Assembly: GCA_017483305.1 (NCBI GenBank)
Contig: JAFULC010000055.1
Location: 2,835 to 66,834, forward strand
DNA: 64,000 nucleotides
Direction: 5' to 3'
From: Clostridia bacterium
Lineage (GTDB): Bacteria > Bacillota > Clostridia > Oscillospirales > CAG-272
The notes under the pieces were generated by a model, which was not told the DNA's origin, did not search any database, and saw only the letters and a program-made list of their open reading frames with translations. Below are positions 8,874-18,361 of this stretch, one piece after another (position 1 is the first letter of the stretch; each line of letters begins with the position of its first letter). The position numbers and the translations under genes are program-made.

Positions 8874-10202
8874 TTACGTTTCGGACAATTCGACAGAATA
8901 TACCTTCGCATGACCGCTGCCCAAAAATTCAAGGCTGAAATCGAAAAACGGCTTGTCAAGAGCGCTGATATCTATCTCATAAATCTTTCTGCCGCAATTT
9001 CCGTCAAGCTTAAAGGGCAATCTTTGCGCTGTGCGGAAGGCTCTCTTATCGCTCTGACGCGTAGGATCGACGTAACAGCTGAATACCACGTTGCCTTCGA
9101 CAACCTCTCCGTCAATCTCCGCATCCAACAAGATCCTCTTGCATTTGCCTGCGGGAACGAATACGTGCGGCGAGCAAAGTGCTGTTTTCGGCTCAAAATC
9201 AAAATCCAAACAATTTTGGTTGCCGTATCCTTTGTCCTTTGTTCCCTTATAATAAAAGTTCTGACGGTCCTCGGTAAAGCTGAACTTTCGATGCTCCGCC
9301 CGAGAATCCAACGCAAGCGCAGTTTTTCTGATCTCGTCAACCTCTCCTACGATGAGAGAATAATTGAACGTATATACGATGTTGTGGTCAAGTATCACTT
9401 TTGTTGTCATAGATATGACACTCGTCTGACCGTCCTTTGCTCCGCCCCAACCCATATCGGACACATTACCTGCAAACCCGGTAATTGCACCGCACGTGTG
9501 GGGATTGTATACGCCGAGACCGTAATTATTGTCATCGACTAACGCCACCCAGCTTTCAGGGTAGAGCACAAACTCCGAGGGCCAGCGTCTTTCGGTCGTC
9601 CTGCCGACGATCTCGGTAAGCTCGCCATCGGTTCCGGGGCGATCTCCAATGTAAGATACGATCTTATAAAACTCACCGTTGGTGTAGACCGCGGGAAGCT
9701 CCTGACCTCGAGCGGGATACTGTGTCTCGTCAGAGCGGTTATTGTTAAGCCTTGCGGTTACGTTGACCGTCTTATGATCAAGCGTATACCAGAGCTCAAA
9801 GGTGCACTCACCGGGCACATTATTAAGTGCCCACTGCATAGGAATGCACTTGACATACATCGTGTTACCCTCGATCTTGTACTCTAAAACCTTCGAGCGA
9901 TTGAAAAAGCAATCTCCCGTCTGTATAGGGTTCCACGGAGTGTGCGTCCAATGTTCTCCCATCTCGGTTCCTTCGGGATGGAATGGCGCCGGACCCGAAT
10001 AAAAGGAAAGCTGCACCTGTCTGCCCCAGTCCCAACTATTTATAATATTTTTGTGTCCGTGCTCGGCAAGATACGTGATCGCGCCGCCAAGTGCGACGTT
10101 TGCGCCGAGCTTGATATATTCATTTTCAATATAAACTACGTTTTCGTCAAGGATCTTGTAATCTTCCTCGAGCGCCAGGTAATGAGGATCTTGGTTTGAC
10201 AT
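8874..10202 (-). CDS. uncharacterised cytoplasmic protein, paralogue B
   Basis: 442 aa, start ATG 10202 with AAGGAGAG upstream. N-terminal half nearly identical to paralogue A. Confidence 0.8.
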   Translation of the reverse strand: MSNQDPHYLALEEDYKILDENVVYIENEYIKLGANVALGGAITYLAEHGHKNIINSWDWGRQVQLSFYSGPAPFHPEGTEMGEHWTHTPWNPIQTGDCFFNRSKVLEYKIEGNTMYVKCIPMQWALNNVPGECTFELWYTLDHKTVNVTARLNNNRSDETQYPARGQELPAVYTNGEFYKIVSYIGDRPGTDGELTEIVGRTTERRWPSEFVLYPESWVALVDDNNYGLGVYNPHTCGAITGFAGNVSDMGWGGAKDGQTSVISMTTKVILDHNIVYTFNYSLIVGEVDEIRKTALALDSRAEHRKFSFTEDRQNFYYKGTKDKGYGNQNCLDFDFEPKTALCSPHVFVPAGKCKRILLDAEIDGEVVEGNVVFSCYVDPTRQSDKRAFRTAQRLPFKLDGNCGRKIYEIDISALDKPFFDFSLEFLGSGHAKVYSVELSET

Positions 10203-10324
10203 AACATAACTCTCCTTTCTTGTATCCATAAAGGATCACAAGGTGATTGTAACACGCCGGGGGATAAAAGTCAATATAAAACGACAATTTTAAGCAAAAA
10301 AAATCGCCGCAAAAAGCACTACTC

Positions 10325-10359
10325 AAAAAGCCTTCAAGCACAATGCTTGAAGGCTTTTT
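10325..10359 (-). terminator. rho-independent terminator after paralogue C
   Basis: aaaaagccttcaagc-acaat-gcttgaaggcttttt, a 15-bp stem with U-run on the minus strand. Confidence 0.75.
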
Positions 10360-10361
10360 AT

Positions 10362-11645
10362 TTATGCCAACTCGACCGAATAAAGCTTCAAATGCCCTTC
10401 ACTTGCAAATCTGAGCGAGAAGCCGACGAAGCAATCGTCGATCTCGCTGATATCGAGGTCAAAAAGCTTTCTTTCGCCGTTTCCAAATATGCCGAACGGC
10501 AGCTTTTTGTGCTCAAGCACAAAGCAGTTCTTTTCATCCAATCCCTTATATATATTGAAGATGATCTCTCCAGAAATCTCGCCGTCAAAGCAAGCGTCAA
10601 GCCGGATCTTCTTACATTCGCCCTTACCGATGAAAACAGCAGGGCTCTTGAGCTCGGAGGCTTTTTTGAAATCAAATTCAAGACAACCGCCCGTTCTCCA
10701 TCCCTTATCGGTGATGTTGTGATAGTAGAACTGGTTTCTATCGTGCTCAAAGCTGTATTTTTTGCGATCGACAAGCTTGTCCTTTTGCTTGGCGACCTCG
10801 CGGATAAAGCTAACGTCGCCCACGATCAAGGAATAATCGTAAGAATATACAATGTCGTGGTCAAGTATCGCGGCGGCAAGCGGCGCAATATAACCCGTCT
10901 GCGAATCCTTGGGGCCACCCCAGCCCTTTTCTCCAAAAAATCCGATCTTTGAAAGGTTGGTCACACCTATATAAACGCCCAAGCCGTAATTATTGTCATC
11001 AACAAGCGCAGACCAATTCTCCGTCGCGATGAAATTAAGCCAAGGCCAGCCAAGACCGTTGTCCTTGGTGACAAGCTCTGTCAATTCTCCGTCTGTAAAC
11101 GGTTCTGTGCCAACGTACGACACTCCCTTATACCATTCGCCGTTAGTATAAACTGCGGGCATCTCCTGATGTCGTGCAGGATACTGAGTGGTGTCGGGGC
11201 GCGCGTTATTGATGCGAGAGGTCACGTTTACGCAATAGCCGTCAAGTCGGTACCAGACCTCAAAGGTGCATTCGCCGGGATAATTGTTTAGTGGCCAATG
11301 CATAGGAATGCATTTTACATAAATTTCATTGTTTTCGCAGCGATAATCAAGCACCCTCGAGCGATTTCTGTAATAATCTCCCGACTGTATCGGATTCCAA
11401 CCGATAAACTTCCAATTTTCCGCCATCTGCACGCCGTCGGGGTGAAAAGGAACGGGGGGCGCGTAAAATGACATTTGTACCTGTCTGCCCCAGTCGGCGC
11501 TGTTGATCAGATTTTCCTTGCCCTTTTCGGCAAGGTAGGTCAACGCGCCACCAAGCGCGAGATTCGCACCAAGCCTCAAATATTCGTTTTCGATATAAAT
11601 GATATTATCGCCCTCAAGATATTTGTCGTAGATCTGTTCTGTCAT
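10362..11645 (-). CDS. uncharacterised cytoplasmic protein, paralogue C (more divergent)
   Basis: 427 aa, start ATG 11645 (MTEQIYDKYL) with GGAGG 7 nt upstream. Has the same motif set: IENEYLRLGANLALGGALTYL, DWGRQVQMSFY, NPIQSGD, PGECTFEVWY. Confidence 0.8.
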   Translation of the reverse strand: MTEQIYDKYLEGDNIIYIENEYLRLGANLALGGALTYLAEKGKENLINSADWGRQVQMSFYAPPVPFHPDGVQMAENWKFIGWNPIQSGDYYRNRSRVLDYRCENNEIYVKCIPMHWPLNNYPGECTFEVWYRLDGYCVNVTSRINNARPDTTQYPARHQEMPAVYTNGEWYKGVSYVGTEPFTDGELTELVTKDNGLGWPWLNFIATENWSALVDDNNYGLGVYIGVTNLSKIGFFGEKGWGGPKDSQTGYIAPLAAAILDHDIVYSYDYSLIVGDVSFIREVAKQKDKLVDRKKYSFEHDRNQFYYHNITDKGWRTGGCLEFDFKKASELKSPAVFIGKGECKKIRLDACFDGEISGEIIFNIYKGLDEKNCFVLEHKKLPFGIFGNGERKLFDLDISEIDDCFVGFSLRFASEGHLKLYSVELA

Positions 11646-11767
11646 AAAAAGCCTCCGTAAATGTATGGGGTACACTTGAATTATATCATTCGTTTTAAAT
11701 TTTGTCAATCAACTACGAAAAATTGTCATAAAAGCATAGGGTGCTGCATATGCAGCACCCTATATTT

Positions 11768-12169
11768 TTATAAATTCGCTCTAATAATGATCGGGATCAC
11801 CGACAAGGCGACGAATACCAATCCTACTACTAGGATAAAACGCGGAGCAGGGCCTCTTTTCTTGGCCTTTGCCTCTTTGTAGTCGTAAAAGGTTCGGCTT
11901 TCAAGCTTGATGAACGGCAAAAGCGAATGCGCACCAACGTTTATCGCATAACTGATCATGTCGAAAAATCCTGTTGATGCGATCCATGCAAGACCGCCAA
12001 CCGAAGCCATCAAGGCACCGGGGAAGAAAAACGCATCACAGAGAATTGCCATTACATCCTTTGTTGACAATCCGGAGGATCGAAACAATCCCTCAAACGC
12101 CATGACAAAAACCGCCAATATAATACCAATGGCACCGCAAACTCCATATTGCAAAAGCTTTTTCTTCAC
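11768..12169 (-). CDS. small membrane protein, DUF3899-like
   Basis: 133 aa with 3-4 TM helices and a FFDMISY...FYDYKEAKAKK segment. GTG start 4 nt after the stop of the upstream ATPase gene. Confidence 0.55.
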   Translation of the reverse strand: MKKKLLQYGVCGAIGIILAVFVMAFEGLFRSSGLSTKDVMAILCDAFFFPGALMASVGGLAWIASTGFFDMISYAINVGAHSLLPFIKLESRTFYDYKEAKAKKRGPAPRFILVVGLVFVALSVIPIIIRANL

Positions 12170-12172
12170 TTT

Positions 12173-13309
12173 TTAGTCCTCTACGCTTTCTCTGTACTTC
12201 TTCTCCTCAGAGTCGGAACAAAGGACAAAGTGTCCGGGCACTACTTCTCTGAAGCTGGGCTTCTCTACCGAATAATCGTGATCACGAAGCGGAGCGTATG
12301 TGATACGCTGTCTGGTCTTCTCGTAGTTCGGGTCGGGCAGAGGAATTGCCGACAGAAGCGAACGGGTGTAGGGATGCATTGGATGACGGAAAAGCTCGTC
12401 TGAATCGGCAAGCTCAACCATCTTTCCGAAATACATAACTCCGATTCGGTCGGAGAAGTACTTAACGACAGACAAATCGTGCGCGATAAAGAGAATGGTA
12501 AGACCAAGCTCCTCACGAAGCTCGTTAAGCAGGTTGATTACCTGCGCCTGAACCGATACGTCAAGTGCGGATACAGGCTCATCGGCAATGATCATCTCAG
12601 GACGCATAACTACCGATCTTGCAATACCGATACGCTGCTTCTGTCCACCCGAGAATTCGTGAGGATATCTGCCCGCATGCTCTCTTACAAGGCCAACCTT
12701 GTCGAGAACGTCGTATACCTGCTCGTCGATATATTTTTTGTCCTTAATTCCCTTGATAACCATACCCTCGGCAATGATCTCGCGAACTGTCATACGGGGG
12801 TTAAGCGATGCAACGGGATCCTGGAAGATCATCTGAATCTGTGTTACGAGATCCCTGTCAACCTTGGAATTCTCGCGCTTAGCGACTGCCATTGCCTTCT
12901 TGTTCTCGGCAACAACATCCTTAATCTTTGAATTAATTTCTGCAATAGCCTTGTCGTTCTCGGCTTTTTTGTTAGGATTAGCATTGCTATCAGCTTCAAG
13001 CGCAGCAATCTGTGCCTTTGCTTCTACCTTTGCGGCCTTTATCGTTTCCTTGTAGCCAAGAGTTCCCGCACCAATACGCTGACCCTTAAAGTAAACGTTA
13101 CCGCCAGTAGGATTATAAAGCTTGATGATAGTACGGCCCGTGGTGGTCTTTCCGCATCCGGACTCTCCAACGAGACCGAACACCTCTCCCTTCTTTACCT
13201 CGAAGGATACCTTGTCAACCGCCTTAAGAGGACCGAAGTGCTGGGAAAGCTCTTCAACCTTAAGAAGAACCTCGCCCGTCTGAATTTCGGGATATTTCTT
13301 ATCAGACAT
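12173..13309 (-). CDS. Opp/Dpp-type ABC ATP-binding protein (OppF-like) with a coiled-coil insertion of about 65 aa
   Basis: Walker A GESGCGKTT, Q-loop IQMIFQDPVASLNPR, signature FSGGQKQR, Walker B IIADEPVSALD. Extra Ala/Lys-rich segment between Walker A and the Q-loop (about 12860-13066). Confidence 0.85.
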   Translation of the reverse strand: MSDKKYPEIQTGEVLLKVEELSQHFGPLKAVDKVSFEVKKGEVFGLVGESGCGKTTTGRTIIKLYNPTGGNVYFKGQRIGAGTLGYKETIKAAKVEAKAQIAALEADSNANPNKKAENDKAIAEINSKIKDVVAENKKAMAVAKRENSKVDRDLVTQIQMIFQDPVASLNPRMTVREIIAEGMVIKGIKDKKYIDEQVYDVLDKVGLVREHAGRYPHEFSGGQKQRIGIARSVVMRPEMIIADEPVSALDVSVQAQVINLLNELREELGLTILFIAHDLSVVKYFSDRIGVMYFGKMVELADSDELFRHPMHPYTRSLLSAIPLPDPNYEKTRQRITYAPLRDHDYSVEKPSFREVVPGHFVLCSDSEEKKYRESVED

Positions 13310-15503
13310 CTTCGTTACCTCCTTTATTGTTCATTCTGGCAATACGCTCTCTGATGATCTTGGGCATTTCAACCTTAGGAGCATCGGGATGGAGCAGCCA
13401 GGTTGCCGCCGAGTGTGTCTCGGAGATCTTGAACATGGGAGGCTGTACCTCAAAGTCCACCTTAAGAGCATATTTATTTCTCTCCGCGAAGGCGTCGCCT
13501 ACGGGAGGATAGATCATATTGGGAGGAGTTCCGGGGATTGCTTCCAGCTTCTCGTTGGTATCAAGGTCAGGCATGGAAGAAAGCAATGCCCAGGTGTAAG
13601 GATGAGCAGGGCTATAGAAGACGTCTTCCGACGTACCGTACTCAACAATCTTACCTGCGTACATAACGCCGATTCTGTCCGCCATATTCGCAACGACACC
13701 AAGGTCGTGGGTGATGAATATGATGGAAAGCTGTCTTTCCTTCTTGATCTTATTGATAAGCTCAAGGATCTGAGACTGTATAGTAACGTCAAGCGCCGTG
13801 GTAGGCTCGTCACAGATAAGAATATCAGGGTTAGCAACGAGAGCAATAGCAATAACGATTCTCTGTCTCATACCGCCAGAGAACTCGAAGGGATACTGAT
13901 TATAACGGGTACGAGGCTCGGGGATACCAACCTCCTCCATCAGCTTGATCGCCTTTTCCTTTGCCATGCGCTTCGTAATGGTATAAACCACCTCGGATGC
14001 GCGTGCCTTCAAGTAATCGATCAATCCAACCGCGTTCTTATCGAAATCGCGGCTCTCAAAGTTCTCGATATCTGCCTTATATTTTCTTTCAAGACGGTTG
14101 ATGACCGAAACGCAGTCATCACGGAGATCTTCAAGATCGTAAACGTTCTTGGGAACGACCTTCCAATCGATCTTCTTTCCTCTTGCGATAAGAGCCTCGC
14201 GCTTTGCGCTCTGACGTGCAAAGCGTTTTTCCTCCTTAGGATTGAGCTTCTCATAAGTGAAGTACTTATTAGTTGCAGTCTTCAGGCTGGAAGAGAAGGT
14301 GTAAGCAATATTGTCCTTGTTATACTCAAGTCTATCGATAGAGCCTTCAACAATCTTACAAAGAGCCGCAACAATCTCCTTGGTCATTCCCTTTTCAAGG
14401 TGGGGAGTGTTGAGGAAGTAATCTCTTGCCTTTGCAAGCTCGCCAAGAACATACTTCTTGCACTCAAGCGATCTCTCTGCAGAATAACGAATTGCCTTTG
14501 TTTCATACTTAATGAATTCAGCCATATAGGTCTCATCGAGATACTTTACAGCCATTTCATTAAGTGCCTCAACATCTCTCTTGTCGAGGACAACACCGGG
14601 ATTCTTGTAAACGTAGTATCCTATACGGAAGAAGTTGGGCTGAGGACGTGCAAGAATTCCTGTGAGAAGGTTCTCAACAAGATCGGTCAGAGTTTTTGCA
14701 AGTTCTTCGGAAAGAACGTAGGTCTGGGGCTTTCCGTCTTCACCGACGGGTGCCTTATATTCACTTCTACACTTTTTAAGGGTTTCAATGGTGGATGCAA
14801 GCTGCGCTTCATATCCTGCAGTGAGAAAATCGTCCTTAACTCTACCAAGAGTCTGGATAAACTCGCCAAGATCACGCTTGACCTCAAGCTTCTGCTTTTT
14901 CTCTGCCATATAGAGGAAGTTTTCAAGCTGAGCCTTAAGCTCCTCGGCATAAGCGCGAGCTGCATTGTAGCTGTTTTCAAGGCGGATAGCAAGAATGTTG
15001 AAATCATCAAAGGTTCTGATCATATCAGCTATCTGCTCTTCTGACTTATCCGTTCTCGCAACAGATGCAAGCATAGCCTCCTTGAGATATCTCAGAGTGG
15101 TATTAAACTCAGCTCTTGCTCTCTTACGGTTGGTCTTATTTTTAAGAAGCATAGCCTCCGTGATCTGCTTACCGATCTTAACGATAGGGTCAAGAGAAGA
15201 AAGCGGATCCTGGAAAATCATAGAAATTTTGTCTCCACGGATTTTGCACATTTCCTCCTCGGTGATTTTGAGAAGGTCGCGTCCGTCGTAAAGGATCTCT
15301 CCGCCCTCAACGATAGAGTTTCCCGCAAGGATTCCAAGTATCGCCTTGGAGGTAACCGATTTACCCGATCCGGATTCACCAACGATCGCAAGGGTTTCTC
15401 CCTTCTGGAGATTGAAGGAAATGTTTCTTACCGCCTTAACGGTACCACTGTTGGTACGGAAGGATATTTTTAAGTTTTTTACTTCAAGAATGTTATTAGA
15501 CAT
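13302..15503 (-). CDS. Opp/Dpp-type ABC ATP-binding protein (OppD-like), 733 aa with an internal insertion of about 380 aa
   Basis: Walker A GESGSGKSV, Q-loop ISMIFQDPLSSLDP at residues 93-106, signature FSGGMRQR only at residues 541-548, Walker B LICDEPTTALD. Overlaps the OppF-like start by 8 nt (ATGTCTGA). Confidence 0.85.
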   Translation of the reverse strand: MSNNILEVKNLKISFRTNSGTVKAVRNISFNLQKGETLAIVGESGSGKSVTSKAILGILAGNSIVEGGEILYDGRDLLKITEEEMCKIRGDKISMIFQDPLSSLDPIVKIGKQITEAMLLKNKTNRKRARAEFNTTLRYLKEAMLASVARTDKSEEQIADMIRTFDDFNILAIRLENSYNAARAYAEELKAQLENFLYMAEKKQKLEVKRDLGEFIQTLGRVKDDFLTAGYEAQLASTIETLKKCRSEYKAPVGEDGKPQTYVLSEELAKTLTDLVENLLTGILARPQPNFFRIGYYVYKNPGVVLDKRDVEALNEMAVKYLDETYMAEFIKYETKAIRYSAERSLECKKYVLGELAKARDYFLNTPHLEKGMTKEIVAALCKIVEGSIDRLEYNKDNIAYTFSSSLKTATNKYFTYEKLNPKEEKRFARQSAKREALIARGKKIDWKVVPKNVYDLEDLRDDCVSVINRLERKYKADIENFESRDFDKNAVGLIDYLKARASEVVYTITKRMAKEKAIKLMEEVGIPEPRTRYNQYPFEFSGGMRQRIVIAIALVANPDILICDEPTTALDVTIQSQILELINKIKKERQLSIIFITHDLGVVANMADRIGVMYAGKIVEYGTSEDVFYSPAHPYTWALLSSMPDLDTNEKLEAIPGTPPNMIYPPVGDAFAERNKYALKVDFEVQPPMFKISETHSAATWLLHPDAPKVEMPKIIRERIARMNNKGGNEDV

Positions 15504-15506
15504 TTA

Positions 15507-17108
15507 TCATTCCTCCGTTCCTCTGAGTGATGGGTTGAATGCATCGCGCAAGCCGTTACCGAACAGATTGAAGCATATCATAAGGAGAGAGATGAACAAT
15601 GCGGGGAACAGCATAACGTGAGGCTTTTCTGTCCAGGTACCCTCTGCCTGCGCAAGAACGGTACCCAAGGAGGTGCTGGTCTTCGAGTTCAGGTTTACGA
15701 TACCGAGGTAGGTAAGCATAGACTCGGAGAAGATAACTCCGGGGATCGCAAGTACTGAGGAGGTAATGATCGTACCGAGAGTGTTGGGGAAGATGTGCTT
15801 CCAGATAATACGTCTGTCCTTAGCTCCAAGAGTTCTTGCAGCCATAACGTACTCCTGGTTCTTGAATCTGTAGAACTGGGTTCTTACAAGACCCGCAGTG
15901 CCTATCCAGCCCGTTAGCACGAATGCAAATAACAAGCTTGGGATAGCGCCAACCTTCGCCGCCAGGTGTATCTGGAACAGCGTAGATACGACGATAAACG
16001 GAACGCCCGAAAGAACGTATACGATAAATTCCATGACAAGGTCGGGAGTGCCGCCGTAATAACCCTCGATCGCACCGTACATAGCTCCGAGGATAAAGTT
16101 AATAGCGAAAATACAAACCGAGAAGAGCAAGCTCAAACGAAGACCCATTGCGATACGCTGAGCGAGGTCGTATCCCGAAACGTCGGTGCCGAAAATAAAT
16201 TCGGGCTCCGCGCCGTCGTGAGTATAACGGTAGTAGTTATAATAAAGAACTCTTACCTGATACTCTGCGGTATCTACAGTATTACCGCCGCCCTGATACT
16301 TCCAGTATCTGAGCTCACCCTTGTTTTCACCGCTGGTATAACGGAGATAGTTATCCTCAAGAACGACCTCGTCAACATTCTCGAACTCGATCTTCTTAAC
16401 CTTGCCGCTCTTGTTGGTATACAAGGGATTTCCCTTTTCGTCGGTCTTATACCACCAGTTCGCATCGGTAGCGCTGTAGCAATATTCCTTGGTGTTGATA
16501 AGAGGATAAAGAACCTGAATTCCGGTCTCCTCTTGCCAAGCAACGATTCTTGCATATTCTTCTTGCGAAACCTGCTTGTAGATAAATCCAACCGAAAGGT
16601 ACTCGTCTACGTTAGCATAGTAAATATTGTTGACGTTCTTACCCTGTTCGGTCTTAACCACCTTTTCAAGATTGGTTACAGGCTGAAGGGGGTTGTCCTG
16701 CTTCAGCGCTTCGCCGAGAGAGGGCATATTTTCGAAATTTCCTGTTGCCGCAATACCCTTTGCGATCTCAAGAATGTACGCGCGCTCGTTGTAGTCCTTG
16801 TTAACGTCGCCCGTGGCAATTCCAATGTTGGAAAGCAGAAGATTTCTGGGGGTTTTCTTTGCGTAATACGTGTCAAAATCGGTACCCGTGCCAGTATCAA
16901 AGAAGGGCATGATTACCGCAAACATAACTATCAAAAGAATAATGATAGCAGCAACGATGGACGCCTTATTTTTGCAGAAGCGACGCCATGCGTCCTTGAA
17001 ATAGCCTATGGGCTTATCGTCGAACTTTTGGTCCTTGATGTGATCGCCGAGATTAGCAAGGGCGAGCTTTTCCTTCGGGATCGAGTTAATATTAATTTCT
17101 TTTGCCAT
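15507..17108 (-). CDS. Opp-type ABC permease (OppC-like) with a large extracytoplasmic loop
   Basis: 533 aa. TM1 is followed by a soluble loop of about 240 aa, then a typical BPD-transporter core ending NPSLRG. Start ATG 17108, 1 nt after the OppB-like stop. Confidence 0.8.
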   Translation of the reverse strand: MAKEININSIPKEKLALANLGDHIKDQKFDDKPIGYFKDAWRRFCKNKASIVAAIIILLIVMFAVIMPFFDTGTGTDFDTYYAKKTPRNLLLSNIGIATGDVNKDYNERAYILEIAKGIAATGNFENMPSLGEALKQDNPLQPVTNLEKVVKTEQGKNVNNIYYANVDEYLSVGFIYKQVSQEEYARIVAWQEETGIQVLYPLINTKEYCYSATDANWWYKTDEKGNPLYTNKSGKVKKIEFENVDEVVLEDNYLRYTSGENKGELRYWKYQGGGNTVDTAEYQVRVLYYNYYRYTHDGAEPEFIFGTDVSGYDLAQRIAMGLRLSLLFSVCIFAINFILGAMYGAIEGYYGGTPDLVMEFIVYVLSGVPFIVVSTLFQIHLAAKVGAIPSLLFAFVLTGWIGTAGLVRTQFYRFKNQEYVMAARTLGAKDRRIIWKHIFPNTLGTIITSSVLAIPGVIFSESMLTYLGIVNLNSKTSTSLGTVLAQAEGTWTEKPHVMLFPALFISLLMICFNLFGNGLRDAFNPSLRGTEE

Positions 17109-17109
17109 A

Positions 17110-18075
17110 TTATCTTTCTCCCATTCTGATTCTAGGATCAATAAATCCGTAGCTGATATCGATTATGATACCCGAAAGCAGACTGATAGCGGTGTAGAAG
17201 ATACAGTCCATCATAAATACGTCGTAGTCTCGGCTGAAAATCGACTGAGTATAGAGCGCGCCAACGCCGGGGATGGAGAATATCTGCTCGATGATGAGCG
17301 AACCGCCAAGGATACCGACAAAGCTTCCCAGAATCGAGGGAAGGATCGGAACCATCGCGTTCTTGAGTGCGTGACGGGTGGTTGCCTGTGAGCGGGTAAG
17401 TCCCTTAGTGCGGGCAAGAAGCATATAGTCGGAGGTCAAGGTCTCGGTAAGCTCCGCTCTGGTGAAACGGCACAGGCCTGCGATCTGACCGAAGGAAAGT
17501 GCAAGGATCGGGGGGATCATACTGTGGAACATAGTCCAAGAGAACCAGGTTCCGCCCGCATCTGCGAGCGAGGAGATTACCGGCGGGAACCAGTCAAGCT
17601 TGAAATACAGGAAATACTGTACTAAGAAAGCATAGACGTAGCTTGGCACCGATACGAACAGTATGACCATAACGCTTATAAGATGGTCCTGCCACTTGTT
17701 CTTCTTGATAGCTGCATAGATACCGAAAAGAATTCCGAGAGGAACCGCAAACAAAAGCGAATACAGGTTTACAAGAACCGTAGGCAGAAGTCTGCCGACA
17801 AGAAGATCCCAAGCGGGAGCCGTCTTCTTGATTACCCATGAGGTTCCAAAATCAAATTCAGTGAAAATTCCCTTGAGGTATATACCGTACTGAACAAGCA
17901 AAGGCTCATCGTAGCCACGTGCGTTCCATATATCCTCAATCTGCTGCTTTTGAGCCTCGGTCGCACCCTCGGGAGGGGACATAGGCAACGCTCTTATGAG
18001 CACGAAGCATATCGTAGTGATACAGAATAATGCCACAAGCATCAGCAATATTCTTTTAAATATATACTTGATCAT
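17110..18075 (-). CDS. Opp-type ABC permease (OppB-like)
   Basis: 321 aa beginning MIKYIFKRILLMLVALF, with an ARTKGL motif. Start ATG 18075 with GAAAGG upstream. Confidence 0.85.
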   Translation of the reverse strand: MIKYIFKRILLMLVALFCITTICFVLIRALPMSPPEGATEAQKQQIEDIWNARGYDEPLLVQYGIYLKGIFTEFDFGTSWVIKKTAPAWDLLVGRLLPTVLVNLYSLLFAVPLGILFGIYAAIKKNKWQDHLISVMVILFVSVPSYVYAFLVQYFLYFKLDWFPPVISSLADAGGTWFSWTMFHSMIPPILALSFGQIAGLCRFTRAELTETLTSDYMLLARTKGLTRSQATTRHALKNAMVPILPSILGSFVGILGGSLIIEQIFSIPGVGALYTQSIFSRDYDVFMMDCIFYTAISLLSGIIIDISYGFIDPRIRMGER

Positions 18076-18126
18076 TTTAACTAACCTTTCAAAATTAGGT
18101 TTCTGATTTACCCATAAGGGCAACCT

Positions 18127-18202
18127 AACCTTGGGAAAATCGAGCCAAAGCCACACCGCACGCCTAACGGATCACTCGCTTTGACGCAATTTTCCCAAGG
18201 TT
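18127..18202 (-). other. 76-nt structured intercistronic element between the binding-protein and permease genes
   Basis: Perfect 14-bp inverted repeat aaccttgggaaaat / attttcccaaggtt enclosing a second 6-bp helix (caaagc/gctttg on the minus strand). Confidence 0.5.
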
Positions 18203-18289
18203 ATAAACAATGTATTACCATTTTTTATAGCTTTTCTTGGGTGATTGTCTGAGCAAATCATGCAAATTAAGAGGTCTTAAAATCGCAAA

Positions 18290-18317
18290 GTAATGGGAGA
18301 ATAAATCCTCCCATTAC
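18290..18317 (-). terminator. intercistronic hairpin / partial terminator after the binding-protein gene
   Basis: gtaatgggag-aataaatc-ctcccattac, a 10-bp stem with a weak U-tract on the minus strand. Confidence 0.5.
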
Positions 18318-18361
18318 CATGCGATGTTTTCAGATTTCTCTAAAATTATTTGCCTGCGGTA

